Below are positions 48,701 through 63,075 of a DNA stretch of 64,000 bases, one piece after another. Within the stretch, counting starts at the first letter, position 1; every line of letters begins with the position of its first letter. Below the pieces are notes generated by a model. The model was not told where the DNA came from and did no database searches. It saw only the letters and a program-made list of their open reading frames with translations. The position numbers and the translations under genes were made by a program. The DNA is taken from positions 8,494,001-8,558,000 of the forward strand of contig CP158635.1 in the NCBI GenBank assembly GCA_050273025.1, in the 5' to 3' direction. The DNA is from Cenococcum geophilum. Its lineage: Eukaryota.

Positions 48701-51700
48701 AACGTTGTTCTTTAATACTATAGTATCGTTTTAGGTCTAATTTAACCTATATACGTCTTTGATTTGACGTCTTAATTGCCTTCCCCTGGCCGCGTAGTTA
48801 GTTTTTGTAAGGAAGTAATAGTTAAATAACTTATATGCGTGTTTCCTTCCTTTTAAATAGCGCTATTATAACGGAGTTATATTAGTAAGGTTGCGGCTAT
48901 TTACTAAAAGGGTATTGGAAGGTAAAGTATAAAGACACCTTACTTATTAAGCTGCTCCTTTTTTTAAACACCTTACTTCTCGCTATTAACCGTCGTTTAA
49001 TTTTGGACGTATCTTCGATATATTATTAAGATTTTCTTCTTTTCTATTATTAATTTAATATGCCTCTTTATTCTCCTGCTAACTACTCTTCTAAGTAGAT
49101 TCTATAGCGTATTCTAGCCCTGCCTTTATATATAGAACCCTAACCTCCGCTAACTCGCAACTAGTACTGGTCCTACCTAAATGATTTTGCCTATATATCT
49201 TTAAAAGACCAAAAATCTAATAATAGGATTCTGGAGGCTTATAATAAGACGTACTGCGTCTAATTTAATACCTTTAGCCCTTGTGATTAATGTATGCGTA
49301 CTAAGAGCGGCAGTTATATTAAGGTGAGTTTTTCTATTCTTAATAGATTTCTATTACTAACTTTAAGCTTTAATAGCCTAGGCCTAAGTAGCGATAATTC
49401 TTAGCAAGCTAGCTAGTAACGCCTGATATAAGAGTAAGGTTAGTATACTGAGGATAGGGTGCGGGATGGGGGTGATAAGAAGAAGGTCGCTGTCTACTAT
49501 AGGAAGGAGTTCGCGTATATGTGTTAAGTTTTAAAAGAGCATAATATGATGCGGTATTAGGTAGGTTACCCTTTGGGCACCTAGCGGATAGGTAACTAAT
49601 AGTTACCGTAGTAAGGTCTTAGTGGTTCTGAACTATACCAGCCAGCTAACGTCTCTATTCATTCTGGGCTTAAGCGTGTCTTTATTAACTATAAGCTTAC
49701 GCCGTAAGAGCTTTGTTGGTATTAGTTTGGACCTAATATTAGTATTAAGCGTTTAAGAGTCTCTGCTCCATCTATACCTCATTATCCTCCCCCTGTTTTC
49801 ATGCCTACTTATACCCCTACTAAGGGGTCTAGATCCCATTCTCGTTAGCCATTACTTAGTGGCCCGATGGATACTAATCTTGCTCCTAAGGGTAAGGCAT
49901 AGTGGCTTTTCGGATTGGGCATTTAGGATTTATTTTTGTATATAGTAGTAATTGAGGACCTTAATTAGGTACTTAAGAAGGCCTTAAAAGGCTTCTAGAA
50001 AGGGCCTAGGAGCCCTAAAAACAATGTTCCTAATATAGATAAATAAATGGGAATGCAATTCTAGCAAAATGCCCTATTAACTCTATACTATATATATGAA
50101 AAGGCTAAGGACCTGTCCTGCCTTGGGCCGTAGCCCTATCTTTATGGTTTCCGGAGCCTGTCCGTTCTATATCCGATTTAACCTATTTACTCTTTTCACA
50201 AGCTTTCTTTATAGGTCGCGATAATACTATAGTATTAGAGCGCTTTCTGCAACTTATAGATTGTGGACCTTAGTCCTAATATTCTTTTAGAATATCTTTA
50301 TAATAATTAAGGTAATTCTCTGGTTCCTATATAGAGTCCTTAGCGGGCTAGCCTAGCTATTTAACTTTAAATTAAAGCTTATTCTTAACAGACTTATAGT
50401 ATAGTATAGCTTTAACCTCATACCGCTCGCCTACCACCTTAGGGTATTTAATTAGGCCTAAACGGAAGTTCTTTTTTAGCGGTGGTCTATGCTATAGCTC
50501 TAGTAGGTTTATATAAAATATTAAATACATATGGGCTATAGATAGGGGTAGCTGGAGACAATAGGCTAGCTTACTAATTCGTTCCTTAACTTAAAAGGGA
50601 CCTAGGTATCTTATATTAAGCTTCTTTGATAGTTAACGGGTCTTAATATTTGTTATATATAATAGAACCTTATCGCCTACTCCAAAATACTTGTCCTGGT
50701 GCTTGCGGTTATACTAAAGTCTTTACTACTCTTAGGTATCTTATAGGCTCTACTTCATATACTTCTATTACTCCTTTTATTTCTAGAGGTATCCTTATAC
50801 TCTCTAGTAGATGTTCTTAGACTTTCCGGTAGGATCCTATAACTAATTATACGGCCTTAGCTAGTGATTATTAGGTATACTATTAAACCCAAATAGTCGG
50901 ACGCTATAGGCAATCTGGATTGGTGCATACTTATATAATATATATTGCTTTAAATTATAAGCGTACTCCGCGTACGGAAGTAGCTCGCACTAGTTGTTTT
51001 ACTAGTAGTTTAAATATATCTGTAGGTAAAACTCTAGTTCCTAGTTCTGGCATTCCGTTTGCCCATCCGTTTATAGGTAGAAAGCCGTACTATAACGGTG
51101 GTTTATTTTTAAATAGAAGTATAGATCTGACCAGTACTAACTTATAAAGACGCTGCCCCTATTAGTAATAATAGAGTGCGGCTAATCTACTTTAAGAAAG
51201 TATTTCTCCTTAATTAGGTTAGTAAGCGCTTATATATTAATTGTCTTATTAACGGGAAGGTATTAGACGTACTTTAAAAACCTATTAATAAGTATAAGGA
51301 CCGAATCGTATGTTTGTCCTTAGCTATCTTTAGATAGCGGGAGATCCGTAATAAAGTCTATAGTGTAATATCGCTATAGCTTACTAGCGGGGGGAACTAA
51401 TTTAAGTAGACCCTATGGCTTGTGCCTACGGATCTTATATACTTAACACTTTTTGTAATAGCTAATATACTCCTTTGCTTCCTGCTTAAGCCTTAGCCAA
51501 TAGTATTTACGCTAAAGTAATTCTACTATCTTTACTTGACTATAATAGCCGCCTAGGGGATTATTATAATTCTTTATAAGAATCTTCTATTATAGATTTA
51601 CTTCTTATAGCACCTAAACCTTACTACCTTTATATAGTAGGCCTATTAGGTCTAGTTCCTAATAGTAGCACCTAGCAGCTTCTTTTCCGTTATATTTCTG

Positions 51701-54700
51701 GTCTACTTCCGCATTAAAGGTGGTATAGGAAGTATCCCTCTGTTACACCTTACGGATGAGATCCGTTAACCCTTCGGATGGTTCCTAGGTAAAAGCTATT
51801 TTATTCTATACTACTCTAAGTATAAGACTAGATGGTACTATAGATCTTGTAACTCTTTAATGCGTATACGTTAGGAAGGCCGCTATAAGGTTAAAGTTCT
51901 TTAGTTATTATAGGGCTCTAAGTTCTAATTGCTCTATAGCTTTACTATTTATTTAAGGGGATAGCTTAGCAATTAGAGATAGTGTATTACTAGGTTCCGA
52001 GAATATATTAGGGATGTCCTATCTAGGTATATTTAGACCCTTATTAGTAATAGACTAGGTACTAGCCAGAATATTAGTGGAAACTAATAGGGCTTATACC
52101 GCCTAAGACTTAATATATAGAGCTATAGGTGCTTAAGTATCCTATACCCGGAGCTTGTTCTATAATATAGGGAGTAAGATATCTATTATCTGTTTTCCTT
52201 CTCCTGTTTTAAAGCCTTTAGTATAGTTTAGCTGTTATAACGATTTATTGGCAGAGTTGTTTTCCCCTAGCTTATATTTAATCTTAAAATTAAATCGCGC
52301 GAGCTCCTTTACCTATTTAGCTTATTAAGGTATAAGCTCCTTTATAGTTATAAAGTAGCGTAAATTATGGTAATCTAAGAGTATATAAGTAGTATAGCTC
52401 GCGTGCTTAAGGTAGTGTCGCTACTGTTTAAAGTAGTTAACTATAGCTAGCAGTTCCTTATTATGGGTATAATACCTAACTTTAGGTCCCTAGAATTTTC
52501 TGCTATAAAATGCTACTAGTTTCTAATAGAGCTGGGTAGCATCTAGATGCCTATTAGGTTGTAGTAGGATACTAGCAAGGGTAAAATTCAATATATTAGT
52601 GATTATTATTAATAGCTAATCTGGGTCGAAATGCCGTAGTAATAGAGCTTCTATAAACTTTATGTGAAGTTTCTAAAAGGCCTTTTAAACCTTTCCGGGC
52701 CATAACTATGGCTTATACTATTTAGTTAGTCCCTTCTTAGTTTTCTTCCTTACCGCCTTTAAGCTTTTTGCTCCTTAGGTTGGGTTTTAGGAAGCTTCCG
52801 TAATATAGTTAAATAGGTATTAGGTGACGTCTAAGTAGTTATAGATAAAGCGCCTATAGAAATTGGCAAAGCCTAGGAATACTTAAATATCCTAGTAGCT
52901 CTTTGGCTCCGGCTACTCCTAAATCGTCTACACCCTTACTGGGTCTATAACTACACCTATAGGCGTTATAATGTACCCCAGGAACTCGACCTGCTTGGTA
53001 TTAAAGATATACTTTAACGCCTTGGCGTAGAGGCTTTAATTATCTAAATATTCCAGCACTTCGCGGACGTATTACTTGTATTAATCCTTATCTTCTAAGT
53101 AGATTAAGATGTTATCTAAATAGATAATATATATGCGGTTAACTAGTCCCCCTAAGGCTCTATAAATATATAATTGGAATATTATAGGCGTATTAGCTAG
53201 CCCAAAAGGCATTATTAGATACTTAAAGTGGCCGTATTAGGTCTTAAAAGCGGTCTTTTACTTATCTCCTTTTTTAATACGGAGCCTATAATAGGCGTCT
53301 TATAGGTCTAACTTTATAAAGATCTTTACCCTAAATAGTTGATTTAGCATTTTACTAACTAGTAGTAGTAGGTAACGGTTCTTAATTGTAATCTTATTAA
53401 GACTGCGATAGTTTATATATAGCCTTATAGTTCCATCTGGTTTTAGAATAAAGAGGATTAGCGCGCCTAACGGCGACTTACTAGGCTAGATCTATTCCTT
53501 TTCTAGTAAGCTATTAAGGTACTCCTATAGGATCTTAAGCTCTTTACGCAAGAGGTTATAGATAGGAAGGTTTAGTGGTTGCTTACCTTCTTCTAAATTA
53601 ATTATATAATCGTACTTTAAGTTCTATGGTAGGACTTTAGCTCTCTTGCCTAAAAATACCCTTAGTAAGTCCCTTAGGCCTATTAGAATATTTAATAAAT
53701 TGGGGTTGCGTTTATCTTTTATATTATTATTAGGTAGGTTCCGGAGCTCCCTTAGAATACTCGCGGGCAGCGTTATACGCTATAGTAGTTACTCGTATAT
53801 AGTTGCCACCGTACGTTAAACCGTTTTATGCGGTAGCTAGTAGAGGGTAGGAAACTCCTTAACGCAGTATTTAAGGTGCCGTAGTATACTTTCTATATAT
53901 TGCTTAAGCTAAAGTAACCCGTAGCGGTTAAAGTATCTTATAAGATCCTTAAGATCGCCGCCTCCTTATAATGTCTCCGCGACCTATCTAGTAGTTCCCT
54001 ATAGGGTTTCCATTATAGAGGGGTTATCACCTATACTAGGCTCTATACCCATCTTGCTATTAAATAGGGGTTAGATTTAATACTCCTTTAGGTGTAGAGT
54101 GTATACTATTTTACTTAGGGCTATATTCTCTAGGATGTCTTTTAGGCTTATTAGTAATATACGCCCTTCTAAATCTTTATTATTCCACCATTTAAAGGCT
54201 CCAGTCTTAAAGTATATCTTAGGATCTGCTTCCGTAAGCTAAGGGTATCTAAGGATAAGGTTATAACCTATAAAGTTAGCCGCTTAGAAGGGTTACGGGC
54301 TAACTACCTTAGTGCGGTTATATATATCGGCTACTAATACTATAAGCTTATAGGTACTATATAGCTTAATCTAATGCTTATCTAAGAAGCCTATAATAGG
54401 TTTCCGCCACCTTTATAATGGGATAAGTTTATACTCTTTTACCAAATTATATTATATAAGATTAATTTCGGCGCCGCTGTTATATAGTACTTAGAACTAT
54501 CGTACCTTACCTATAGGGAGTGTTATTTCTAGCTTAATAGTAATACGGAGAGTCTCTCCTTCTGTATCTTACCCTAGTTATAGCCGGAAGAGGTTCGTAA
54601 CTAGGGCTTTTCTTTTTTTAAATTGTTAGTGCGGTTGTTGCCCTACTTATTTTTCCAATAGGATCTGCCTCCGGAGTTTTTTTTAACTTTTTAAAGTGTT

Positions 54701-57427
54701 CCTATAAAGGTGCCGGATGGGTATTAGGTTAACCCTAAAAGTCTTTCCCGTTATTTAAGGTTCTTAACTTTAACCCTTTTAAAGTTCTCTTTAAGAACGG
54801 CTTCTTTAAAGCTTAGGTCTGCCCTATATTACTACTAAAGTGCCTACGCTTTTAGTAACCCCCTAGCTTCCTACTAGAAGAGGTCTAGTTCCTTACCGCA
54901 TCCTTAGCGTTTAGAACCGCTTATTTAAAATCCGCATATACGGTAATCCGCGGTAGGGCTCCTACGCGCTTTATTTCGTTATAAATTACTAGCTTAATTC
55001 TAGCCCAGATAAATCCAATCTTCTTCTTTTTATAGATGCTACTATCCTTATTTTTAAAGGGCTCTAAATCTATCTATTAAGTATAAGTTTCCACAAAGTT
55101 TATAAACTGGCGGAAGTTTTAATAGTCTAGCTGCGTACCATTCCAGAATTATTTTATATTATCGTATTATATAATATACGGATCTTAGGTCTAACCCTTT
55201 AGGAAAGTCTATAGCTATAGCTATATTATAATTTACTCTTTATTAAGTTAATTAAGCGCAATCTAGTTTAGTAATTAGTCTTTAATCTTGCTAATAATCC
55301 AGCGTGTACGCTCTTTAGTATTATCTTATATTATCAGCATCTTAAAGAAGTTGTCTACCTTATAAACCCAATCATCTAGCTGTTGGGCGTTAGGTCTATA
55401 ACGAAGTTCTAAACTACTAAAGGCCTTAGCCAGTCGGTTTATATCCTTTTTCTATTTATTATATAGGTGCCTCTCTAAGTCTTCTATACCTCCTTAGGTA
55501 GGTACTAGGTAGCCCCCAGAAAGCCCTTAGCCTTAACTAGGTTATAAAAGAATTTGCCTAGCTTAGATTAAACCCTACTAGATTTAGATTTGCCCTTAAA
55601 GGGTTCTAATATATTTATTAGTAGCTTCCTTCTATATAGCTTCCGAGAGCCTTATAATAGCTTCCTAATATCCGTCTTAAAGGAGATCGGTATAGGGCTC
55701 TTAACCTTCTAAACTTAGGCCTAGGGAGGCTCCTACTATAGAGGTAGTATTAATACTAGTAGCTAGTATAGGCTTCCTAACGGGGCTCAGGTCTTAAGTT
55801 AGTAATTTACTTAGATTACCTAAAGGGGTAGGCCCACTTGGCTTATAAGCAGTCTATGCACTATTACTATGCCAATTATAGGCCGGTGGTCTTCCGAGAG
55901 GGTTTTAGTTAGTTCCCTAGTTGGATATATTAGTGTATTCCTCTAGCATTTCTAGCTTAGGGGAAGATCTTAGAGTTACCTCTAGCGCTTAATCTTCTAA
56001 TTAGCCTAGGTAGGGCTAAAGGGGTTCTAGCTGCTTTCTAGCAGTATTATAACCGTTATAGAGGGTGTCTATATTTTCCTTAGCGTTGCCGGTAACTGTA
56101 GGTATATAAGAGTTTTCGAGCTCCTAGAGCATCTAGGTATTAGGGCTTATTTAGCCGTCTTGCCCAGAGGGTTATATTATTGTAATCTCTCGCTATTAGA
56201 GGGACCTTCCTGCCTTTACGCAATGGCTTTCTATAAGGTATCCGTAGAGTTTCCATTTAGGTTATCGCGAGATTTTTAAGGAGGATAGTAGTTATAAATA
56301 AAAGATGTAAATAAATAATCTGGTCCTTAAAGCCGACTACCCTTTTAAAAAAGAGTAGGAAGGATTTAAATATAAGGGGATCTTATAGATAGGGGGCTAT
56401 AAGGACACAATTGGAATAGGATAGATTAGTAAGAGAGACGAATCCTTAAGGAGGTAAGGCCTCTAGGATTGTGGAGACTATATACTACGGGTATATGCCT
56501 TTGGCACGTGACCGGCAACCATCTAAGGGGCGTCCTGGGGTTGTCCTGAGGGCAACCTAAGGTGTTTACAATAATATCCCTTATAGCTAGCTAAAAAGGG
56601 CCTTTCTAAAAGAAAACTATAATCCTTTTATACCTCCCTAGCCTATATAGGGAGAGCAGTAAGAGAAAAGATACTAGAATAGTGGAAAAATAACTAGCAG
56701 CAGAATAAGAATAAAGGAAAACACTATACTAGGATCTATAAGGGAAGCTATTCCTTTTCTCTTAAAGCCCCTAAGGATAAATATCCTAAAAGGCTATAAT
56801 TAGCTTTCTTCTAGCTAAAGCTAGAAAAGGGCTATTTTAAATCCTTCTCTAAAGTAATAGGGAGGGAGGATAAAAATGGTAGATGCTTTAGGGAATATAG
56901 AGCACTATAAACCCCTAGGCACCTACTACTAGACTACAACCTATATAGAGAAGAAAGAAGAGAAATGTAAAAGAAACTAGGCTCTTCTCTCTTTCTAAAT
57001 AAGCTATTTTGTATATAAAAAGGAAAAGAGGCACTTTTTCTATTTTTAAGTAGGACAGGGATAGCTACTAGAAAGTGGCTAATAATAGCAGAATTTATAG
57101 AAGGAGGTAATTCCTACTAGGCTTCTAGTAAAGAGATATTAGTAAGTAAAAGAACAGAAATAAATTATAAAAAGATAGGGATAGGTGTTAGGATTTCTTA
57201 TTTCTTATAGGTTTCTACCGTTTTCTTATTCCCTAGTAATTGCTTATAACTTAGTACTTTACTAAGAAACTATAAACCCTTAGTTTAGGGGCTTATAAAC
57301 TACTAGGATATAGTTACTAGTATATATTAAGCTGCCCTAAGGGATTTATATATATAGGACTATAGCGCTATAGCCTAGAGGCTGTATACGCAGTATTGTA
57401 TATAGTATAATATAGCGGATATAAAAA
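45712..57427 (+). mobile_element. 5'-truncated RIPped Tad1-like LINE (RT + RNase H), interrupted by gypsy copy 2
   Basis: KAPGPD (~45800), GIPQGSPISPILF (~46380), IDDF (~46478). RNase H WVxxHxxIYGNE.ADKLA split at 47795. A-tail at 57423. Probable TSD AAAGT. Confidence 0.88.
47796..56585 (-). mobile_element. Full-length RIPped Ty3/gypsy chromovirus, copy 2 (same family)
   Basis: 215-bp LTRs 47796-48010 and 56371-56585; TSD GCTAG; colinear with copy 1 apart from small indels. Confidence 0.93.
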
Positions 57428-59374
57428 AAAGTACTAGATTGTTAAATCCACCTTATTACTACGCTAGTATTATATTAGGAACGCGTTCTAAATATATTTA
57501 GAACTACTTACTATAATAAAAGTATCTACTCCCTTAAGGAGCTTCTCTATTTTTAAATAGGCTTTATAAGTAGCCTAAACTATTAAAATAGGGTTAGAAT
57601 GGGTTATAGATAGCTTATGTAGCTCTTTAAAGTAGTAGATGTTATATTTTAAATTAATTTAGAATGGATTTAATGGATTTATAATAGAAGGTGAGGTGGA
57701 GGGTAAGGATAAAGTGAGAGAGGAAAGGTGAGATTTGTGGTGGGCGGAGGTTTCGCTTATCGGGCCGACCTTTTAGCGTGGTCTAGCCGACCTGTACGCA
57801 CCTATTTTAATACAACCCGCATAGTCAATTCCAACCTACTTATCTTAAATGACTATTCTTTACAAGGCCTAAGGCGTACTCAGCCCCACTTCTTTTTACC
57901 ATCGTGATTCACCTCGGATGCCCGCATCTCCAGTAAGCGACATGCGAGTCGAGTCTTCCGATAAGATTGGTATAACGGACTGTGGGATTCCGCCGAGGCC
58001 GATTGGGCTCCGCTGGCAGGTTGCGGTAGCGGAGTGGCGGGGTACTACGGTATTAAGCCACGCCACTTTGCGGGGTACCTAGTGATGCAGAATTTCCTGT
58101 TGAAGGACAGCACGTTTCAAGATAAGGTGTCGGTTAATAGGAAACGAGCGGAATTCCGACCATAGTAGTATATGGCTAAAGCGGTGAAAAATATTTGCTG
58201 TTCTTTGACAGGCCAGTTCGGCAAAGTGGACTGAATGACGAATCCTCACTCTCTGCGTTTCCCCAAAATTGCGATCTATGCCCAAGCATCCCAGGTGCCC
58301 TGTCAACCTTAAATGGAGAAGGTACTAATATAAGGCAAGCTCCCAAAACCTCACCCGTTACACTGATTCACAAGATCGACTCGAGGTATTTCCTTTCTGA
58401 TTTAGTCGAAATTTGGGGCGGTCTTACGCTGCTGTATGATGCCAGGCAACCTATCATAACTTAGTGGGCACCGTGAGAGATTATTGAGGGTAGTTTACGG
58501 GTTTTATTTTATGGTGGTTAGATGAGTATACGTAGTAGCAGTGGCATGGGCAGATCTATGACATTCATGAATACTTCATTATAAATAGCACTGTTGAACT
58601 TACCCTGCTCAGCTACTAGTAATCTCCCATTCCCTCATCCTCCTTCTGCATGTGATCATCTTTATTCCGCATCTCTAGCTCTTGATCGCTACTTCCATCA
58701 GACTAATAAGTGTTTAATCTGCTGTGCAAGTTAGTACCACTTAGTAAAACAGCAAGATCTATGCCAAACTTTGCTGGAACATGAGTTTTTCACTTCCGCT
58801 GTATAGAATCTAAGAGCGCCATAACCGCTTTAGTAAAGAAGTAACAAATATGATTTATATTGATTCCTGAGATCAGCACCAGGTTATCAAGATATTGATC
58901 TCAGTTCCGTCTAAACAGAGCCAACCCTCTTTCGAACACCAGGATGCATCTTTGAATTACCTTTCCCGTACCCCTATATGCCTTCGTGGGGTTCAAGAGA
59001 CTTTCTCTCCGCTTGATAACCCACTATGACTCGTCCACGGAATTAAAAGGTCTCAGAAGACTTTAATATAATAATTCAGAAGTTATCAAGGCAAAGAGCA
59101 AGCAACGAAAGTTATCCTAAGTGCAGGAAACGCTTCGCAGATGTTTCTCTTTCTGCTGCGTGATGTAATATTATTGGATGCAAGAGGTAAAAGGAGCAGG
59201 AATTCTCAGTGACTAAGCCTTGATCAGTTCCGTAATTCTTGTTTGAAAGAGAGAATAGAATGATATCATCTAATTACTGAAGACCGCCAGATGTACGCCA
59301 AAACGTGCCGATAAATCCTGAATGTAGTGCCCGACATAATATCACGCCCATATGCGAAGAAACATGCGAGCTGT

Positions 59375-60068
59375 TCATTGACTGCGCTGTTGTCTTGCCC
59401 TCTTATATTCATCATCCCATTTTCTTTGTCGTTCCTTCTCAGCTGCCCAGGCCCGCTGGGCGTCTTTCTCATTCATGTTTTTAACTGAACGGGCGAAATC
59501 CATGCGACGCTGCAATTCGTCCCCTGTATGTTGGGCTTCTAGTGCTTTTGTTTGAACTATCGAAGACAACTTGGAATTAGCATATCTGCTAGTTCTGGGA
59601 TAAAGGTATAGAGGCATTGTGCTTACCTCCTTTGCTCAGTTTGGATTTTGGTTTAAATATGACACCCCGGCGATGCCAACGAGTATCCTGTGCTATGGTA
59701 TCTTCCTGCCTTCCAGTGATGGTACATTCGTCATTCGTATAATCTGTACTGGCCTCCAGGTGCTTTTCAGATAAATAGGTGCTTGTCATAACCTCTTCTT
59801 CATCATCAGCATATAGAAGAGTCTCGTCCACGTAGGATACCGTTGTCGTTTCAGGAGAGCGGTTCAGAGCAATTTTCTCATCAACGAGTGTATCCCGACT
59901 TGGTGTAAAGCTCCGACGATGCGAGGGTATTCCCGTTGCTTTCTCCGTAGAAGTACGTACAAGCACACGGCGGGGTCTCAAATCTTCCTCGTCGACCTGA
60001 AAGCTTCCATCGCGACTTCCGATCGCGTTGCCTCGTCGTCTAAAGAAGGATCTGAGTAGGCACGACAT
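59375..60068 (-). CDS. Hypothetical protein, 207 aa, two exons (60068-59627, 59556-59375), C-terminal charged helix
   Basis: Intron GTAAGC...GCTAAT...TAG joins two track ORFs in frame. Confidence 0.75.
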
Positions 60069-60553
60069 GATATTGTGTAGAGGTCAGGTCGGCGGCAGAG
60101 GTGAGGGAGTTCGGAGTGCGGAAGTGAGAGAGTTCGGAGTGCAGAAGTAGTGACATTCGGAAGATCGCTGCAGGCGGGCTGTGCGATGATAAGCCTTCAG
60201 GTAGATTACTTCGGGGCAGAGCACCTGCATGCGAGCGGGGCTGATACGCCGGGCCAGGGGCACCAGCGGGCGCTATTGGCGGGCGCTTCGATCGACCAAC
60301 ACCTAAGCCACACATCCTCCTTGATGATATGACCCACCATTTCTGGTACCCATAACATCCACCCTATGCTCTACCAATGGAGCCTCCCGCCGCGTGCACG
60401 GCGGATTCCTCTTTATGATCGACCTGATTATCTGCCCGTACACTTTGCAGGCACTATTCGGAAGCATACTATTAACATGTCCAGAATCTAGAAATTGTGC
60501 GAATCACTTTTCAATCCCTACGTTCGACTTAGAACCTTACATTTCGGAGCAGA

Positions 60554-61657
60554 ATGTCCAAATCACAGATTGGAAGGAGCTTGCCCAAAGCTTTTACATT
60601 CAGTTCTAAGCCCTCTCAGGCTGTCGACCTCGAGCAATCCTCTCCGCGCACACTGAAGAAGTACCTTGAGGGCTTCCATAGTCTGAGCGCCCTTCTCGCC
60701 TCCGATCCTGACCTCCAAGTCTACCGCCGCTTCGACTCTTTAGCCTCCCGAAATCTTCTATATTTACAAGCCGAGATACTTGATCTTGAAGCGCGTCTCG
60801 AGGAGTTGGATACCGCAGACCTTGAAGTCGCAAATGCGGAGGAGTCGGAATGGATGGAGGTGAAGCTGTCGGCTCGATGCTGGGAAGCATTCGTGGAGAA
60901 AGCAGAAAGTGGAGAAGAGAGGGAAGCAGAAAGAATGCGCCTAATACGGCAGATTCGTGAGCGTCTAGCAGAATACCGTGCGTTGATTCTTGGTGGAGAT
61001 TTGCCTGGAACTATGTCTGAGGGGTGCTGACAAGCGCAAGAGGACGCTATTATCCGCCAAAGCACTATTCTCAACCTAGAGAATCCAAATGCAAGAGTCC
61101 GCAGTGCCATAACGGGCTGGTTTGAGCAGAACAGGCCTCTTGTAGGTCATGGTAGGAATCTCTTCAACGGCAAAGCCAAATATGACATTGTAGCTTTGAG
61201 GACCCCACCGGATCAAGACAGATTATCCATGTTCTTACAAAATCACCTAGGCTATCTCTTAAGGGATAGGAGGGCTGGCAAGGACCATCCTTCAAGTTGG
61301 GAAGGCATGCATTACTACCCTGACACCACCATTCAGCACATAGTATCTTTCATGAGCGTATTGCTTGCTGCACTGCTACTCGTAGGCGCCATAACGAGCT
61401 TGTACTTTGTGGTCAAGCCAGCTGTTAGAATGGGATTGCTTGCAGGATTTACGACTCTATTTGCCGGTAGCATTGGCTTGTTCACAAACGCCAGGAAAGT
61501 TGATATATATGCTGCAACCGCAGCGTGAGTAATCAAGATTTAATCCCTATCCTTATATTGAATATTACGCTCATGAAATTTTAGGTATGCGGCGGTTCTA
61601 GTTGTGTTCATAGGTAATGTTGGGCCCGGTTCTAGTGTACAACCTAGCCTAGGATAG
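60554..61657 (+). CDS. DUF6594 family membrane protein, 326 aa, three exons (60554-60977, 61041-61524, 61585-61657)
   Basis: YRRFDSLASRNLLYLQAEILDLEARLEELD, QDRLS and terminal ATAAYAAVLVVFIG. Introns GTGCGT..CTGAC..AAG and GTGAGT..TAG keep the frame. Confidence 0.9.
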
Positions 61658-62539
61658 CTGCCGGACGATAACCCCGTAAAACTCCACGGCAATTCTCCGA
61701 TTAGGCTTCTAGATGGTAAGGAGCTTTCGGTTGCTTGGCGAATTTCCATAGACTCCTGAGGTTCCGGTCTTCTGAAGCATTGGAAGGCTTCTAATCAACA
61801 CACAATTTTGGTGGGTGTTTGACATGTCTTCCTACACCTAAGTACTATTTATCCACTGACTGGTCCGCGGATTGTCCGATAATGGCCGCGCTTTCCTTCA
61901 AGACTCAACGATATGAACGGATTCCCTACGGTGGCTCTCCGGGTTATGTGTCGCTGATCGGGGAAGGATTCCAAGGCGGTAACCTCCCCTAGTAGGCGAA
62001 CGGTGGTGAAGATGCAATGTAGATGACAATTTATGAACGTATAAGTAGTTGGTAGAGGCTTTGGAAAGACACGAGCGTAAAGAGGAGCAAGTCATTCTGA
62101 TGTCCGCCATGAGGCCAGCGTCTAAGAGATTCCGATGTCAGAATTTTGCAGTGCAACGGTTCGTCCTTGCAGCAGATCAGAACTAACGGCTACAAGATAT
62201 CATCCTATTCATGATCAGCTCGGGCATGCTAAACCGCTATCGAAAAAGGTATCACGAAGGGGTTAAGGCAAGCATGGACTACGGAGCAGGGGTTTATTGG
62301 TAGACTATACTATTTCCTCTATTTCATGCATTTAAGCTTGAATCGCCTAAACACGGTCTCGGACCCTTCACCAAGCAAATTTTGAGAATTTCTTATATTC
62401 CGCAGCCAGTCTTCATCTCCCTTCAACACCGCTCCTTCGATTCATCACCTTAAGCTGCGCAGAAGACATCATCTGAGAGCCCTTGAGATTCCATTCATCA
62501 TTTAATCTCCCTTACAAGCTTTCTCGCCTTCACCTTCAA

Positions 62540-63075
62540 ACGTGTCAATATCGCTCCTACGCCTTCGCCTGCGACCACTACCGCCAAGCCCGTCTGTCGA
62601 CCTGTCGTGGCACGATTCAGCACCCGCATTTCAGCAACATGTCTTGGTGCTGATCCCGCACATCAAGTATCAACATTTTCCTCAAAACCAACTGTAAGGC
62701 CTGTCGTCGGGCAGAGCTCATTGAGGAATGGAACAAACAGGATAACGAGATTGCGGATATTGCTGAGCTGACACACCGAGTACGTAGATCTCTCAGCCCC
62801 TTCTAGTAGAACTCCTGAAGCTAACTCTACTATCTTTATTTCAGATGCAAAACCGCGAAGGCCGCCTGCAGCGAGCCAGAATCGCCGCTAGAAAGAGCCG
62901 AGAGCTTCCAGGAGCCACTAGATAGATATTGCGTGCCACGAGACGCCCGTGATCGATTCATCAAAGACCGTCGAAATGCGGTGGAGTGGCTCGAAGAAGA
63001 ATTTCCGCGACCGAGCGTGGGAGCTGCAAGGCCCGGAAAGATTTGTGAGAGTGCGTCGCCACTGCGCTTTTAGCT
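62540..63075 (+). pseudogene. Small Cys-rich fungal gene relic (MC-x8-CxH type)
   Basis: ACG in place of ATG, then CQYRSYAFACDH...C*...CKAC with TGA at 62651. Intron-like GTACGT..CTAAC..CAG at 62780-62844. Exon-2 frame uncertain. Confidence 0.5.

Larger units (their letters stand above)
32800..57650 (-). pseudogene. RIPped, spliced, Q/S/P-rich gene convergent with the DUF6589 gene, split by the LINE and gypsy insertions
   Basis: Frame continues across the LINE site (..QQSSTSQGQQKGLIRF..). Minus-strand intron GTAAGT..GCTAAT..TAG at ~43278-43333. Limits approximate; may be more than one gene. Confidence 0.45.
30500..57855 (+). mobile_element. Right part of a RIPped DUF6589/Academ-like DNA transposon (segments 30500-33628, 42548-45711, 57433-~57855) carrying nested retroelements
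   Basis: Segments rejoin after removing the TSD-bounded insertions. RIP ends near ...AAATGACTA (57855), a candidate TAG-type terminus. Confidence 0.55.

Noticed and set aside
23524..51147. Short ORFs inside RIPped LINE, gypsy and Academ-like blocks
   Set aside because: Chance stop-free stretches or fragments of dead TE frames.
58560..59260. Possible degenerate minus-strand gene (TACTAAC..CAG at ~58723-58737)
   Set aside because: No consistent reading frame or motif could be built.
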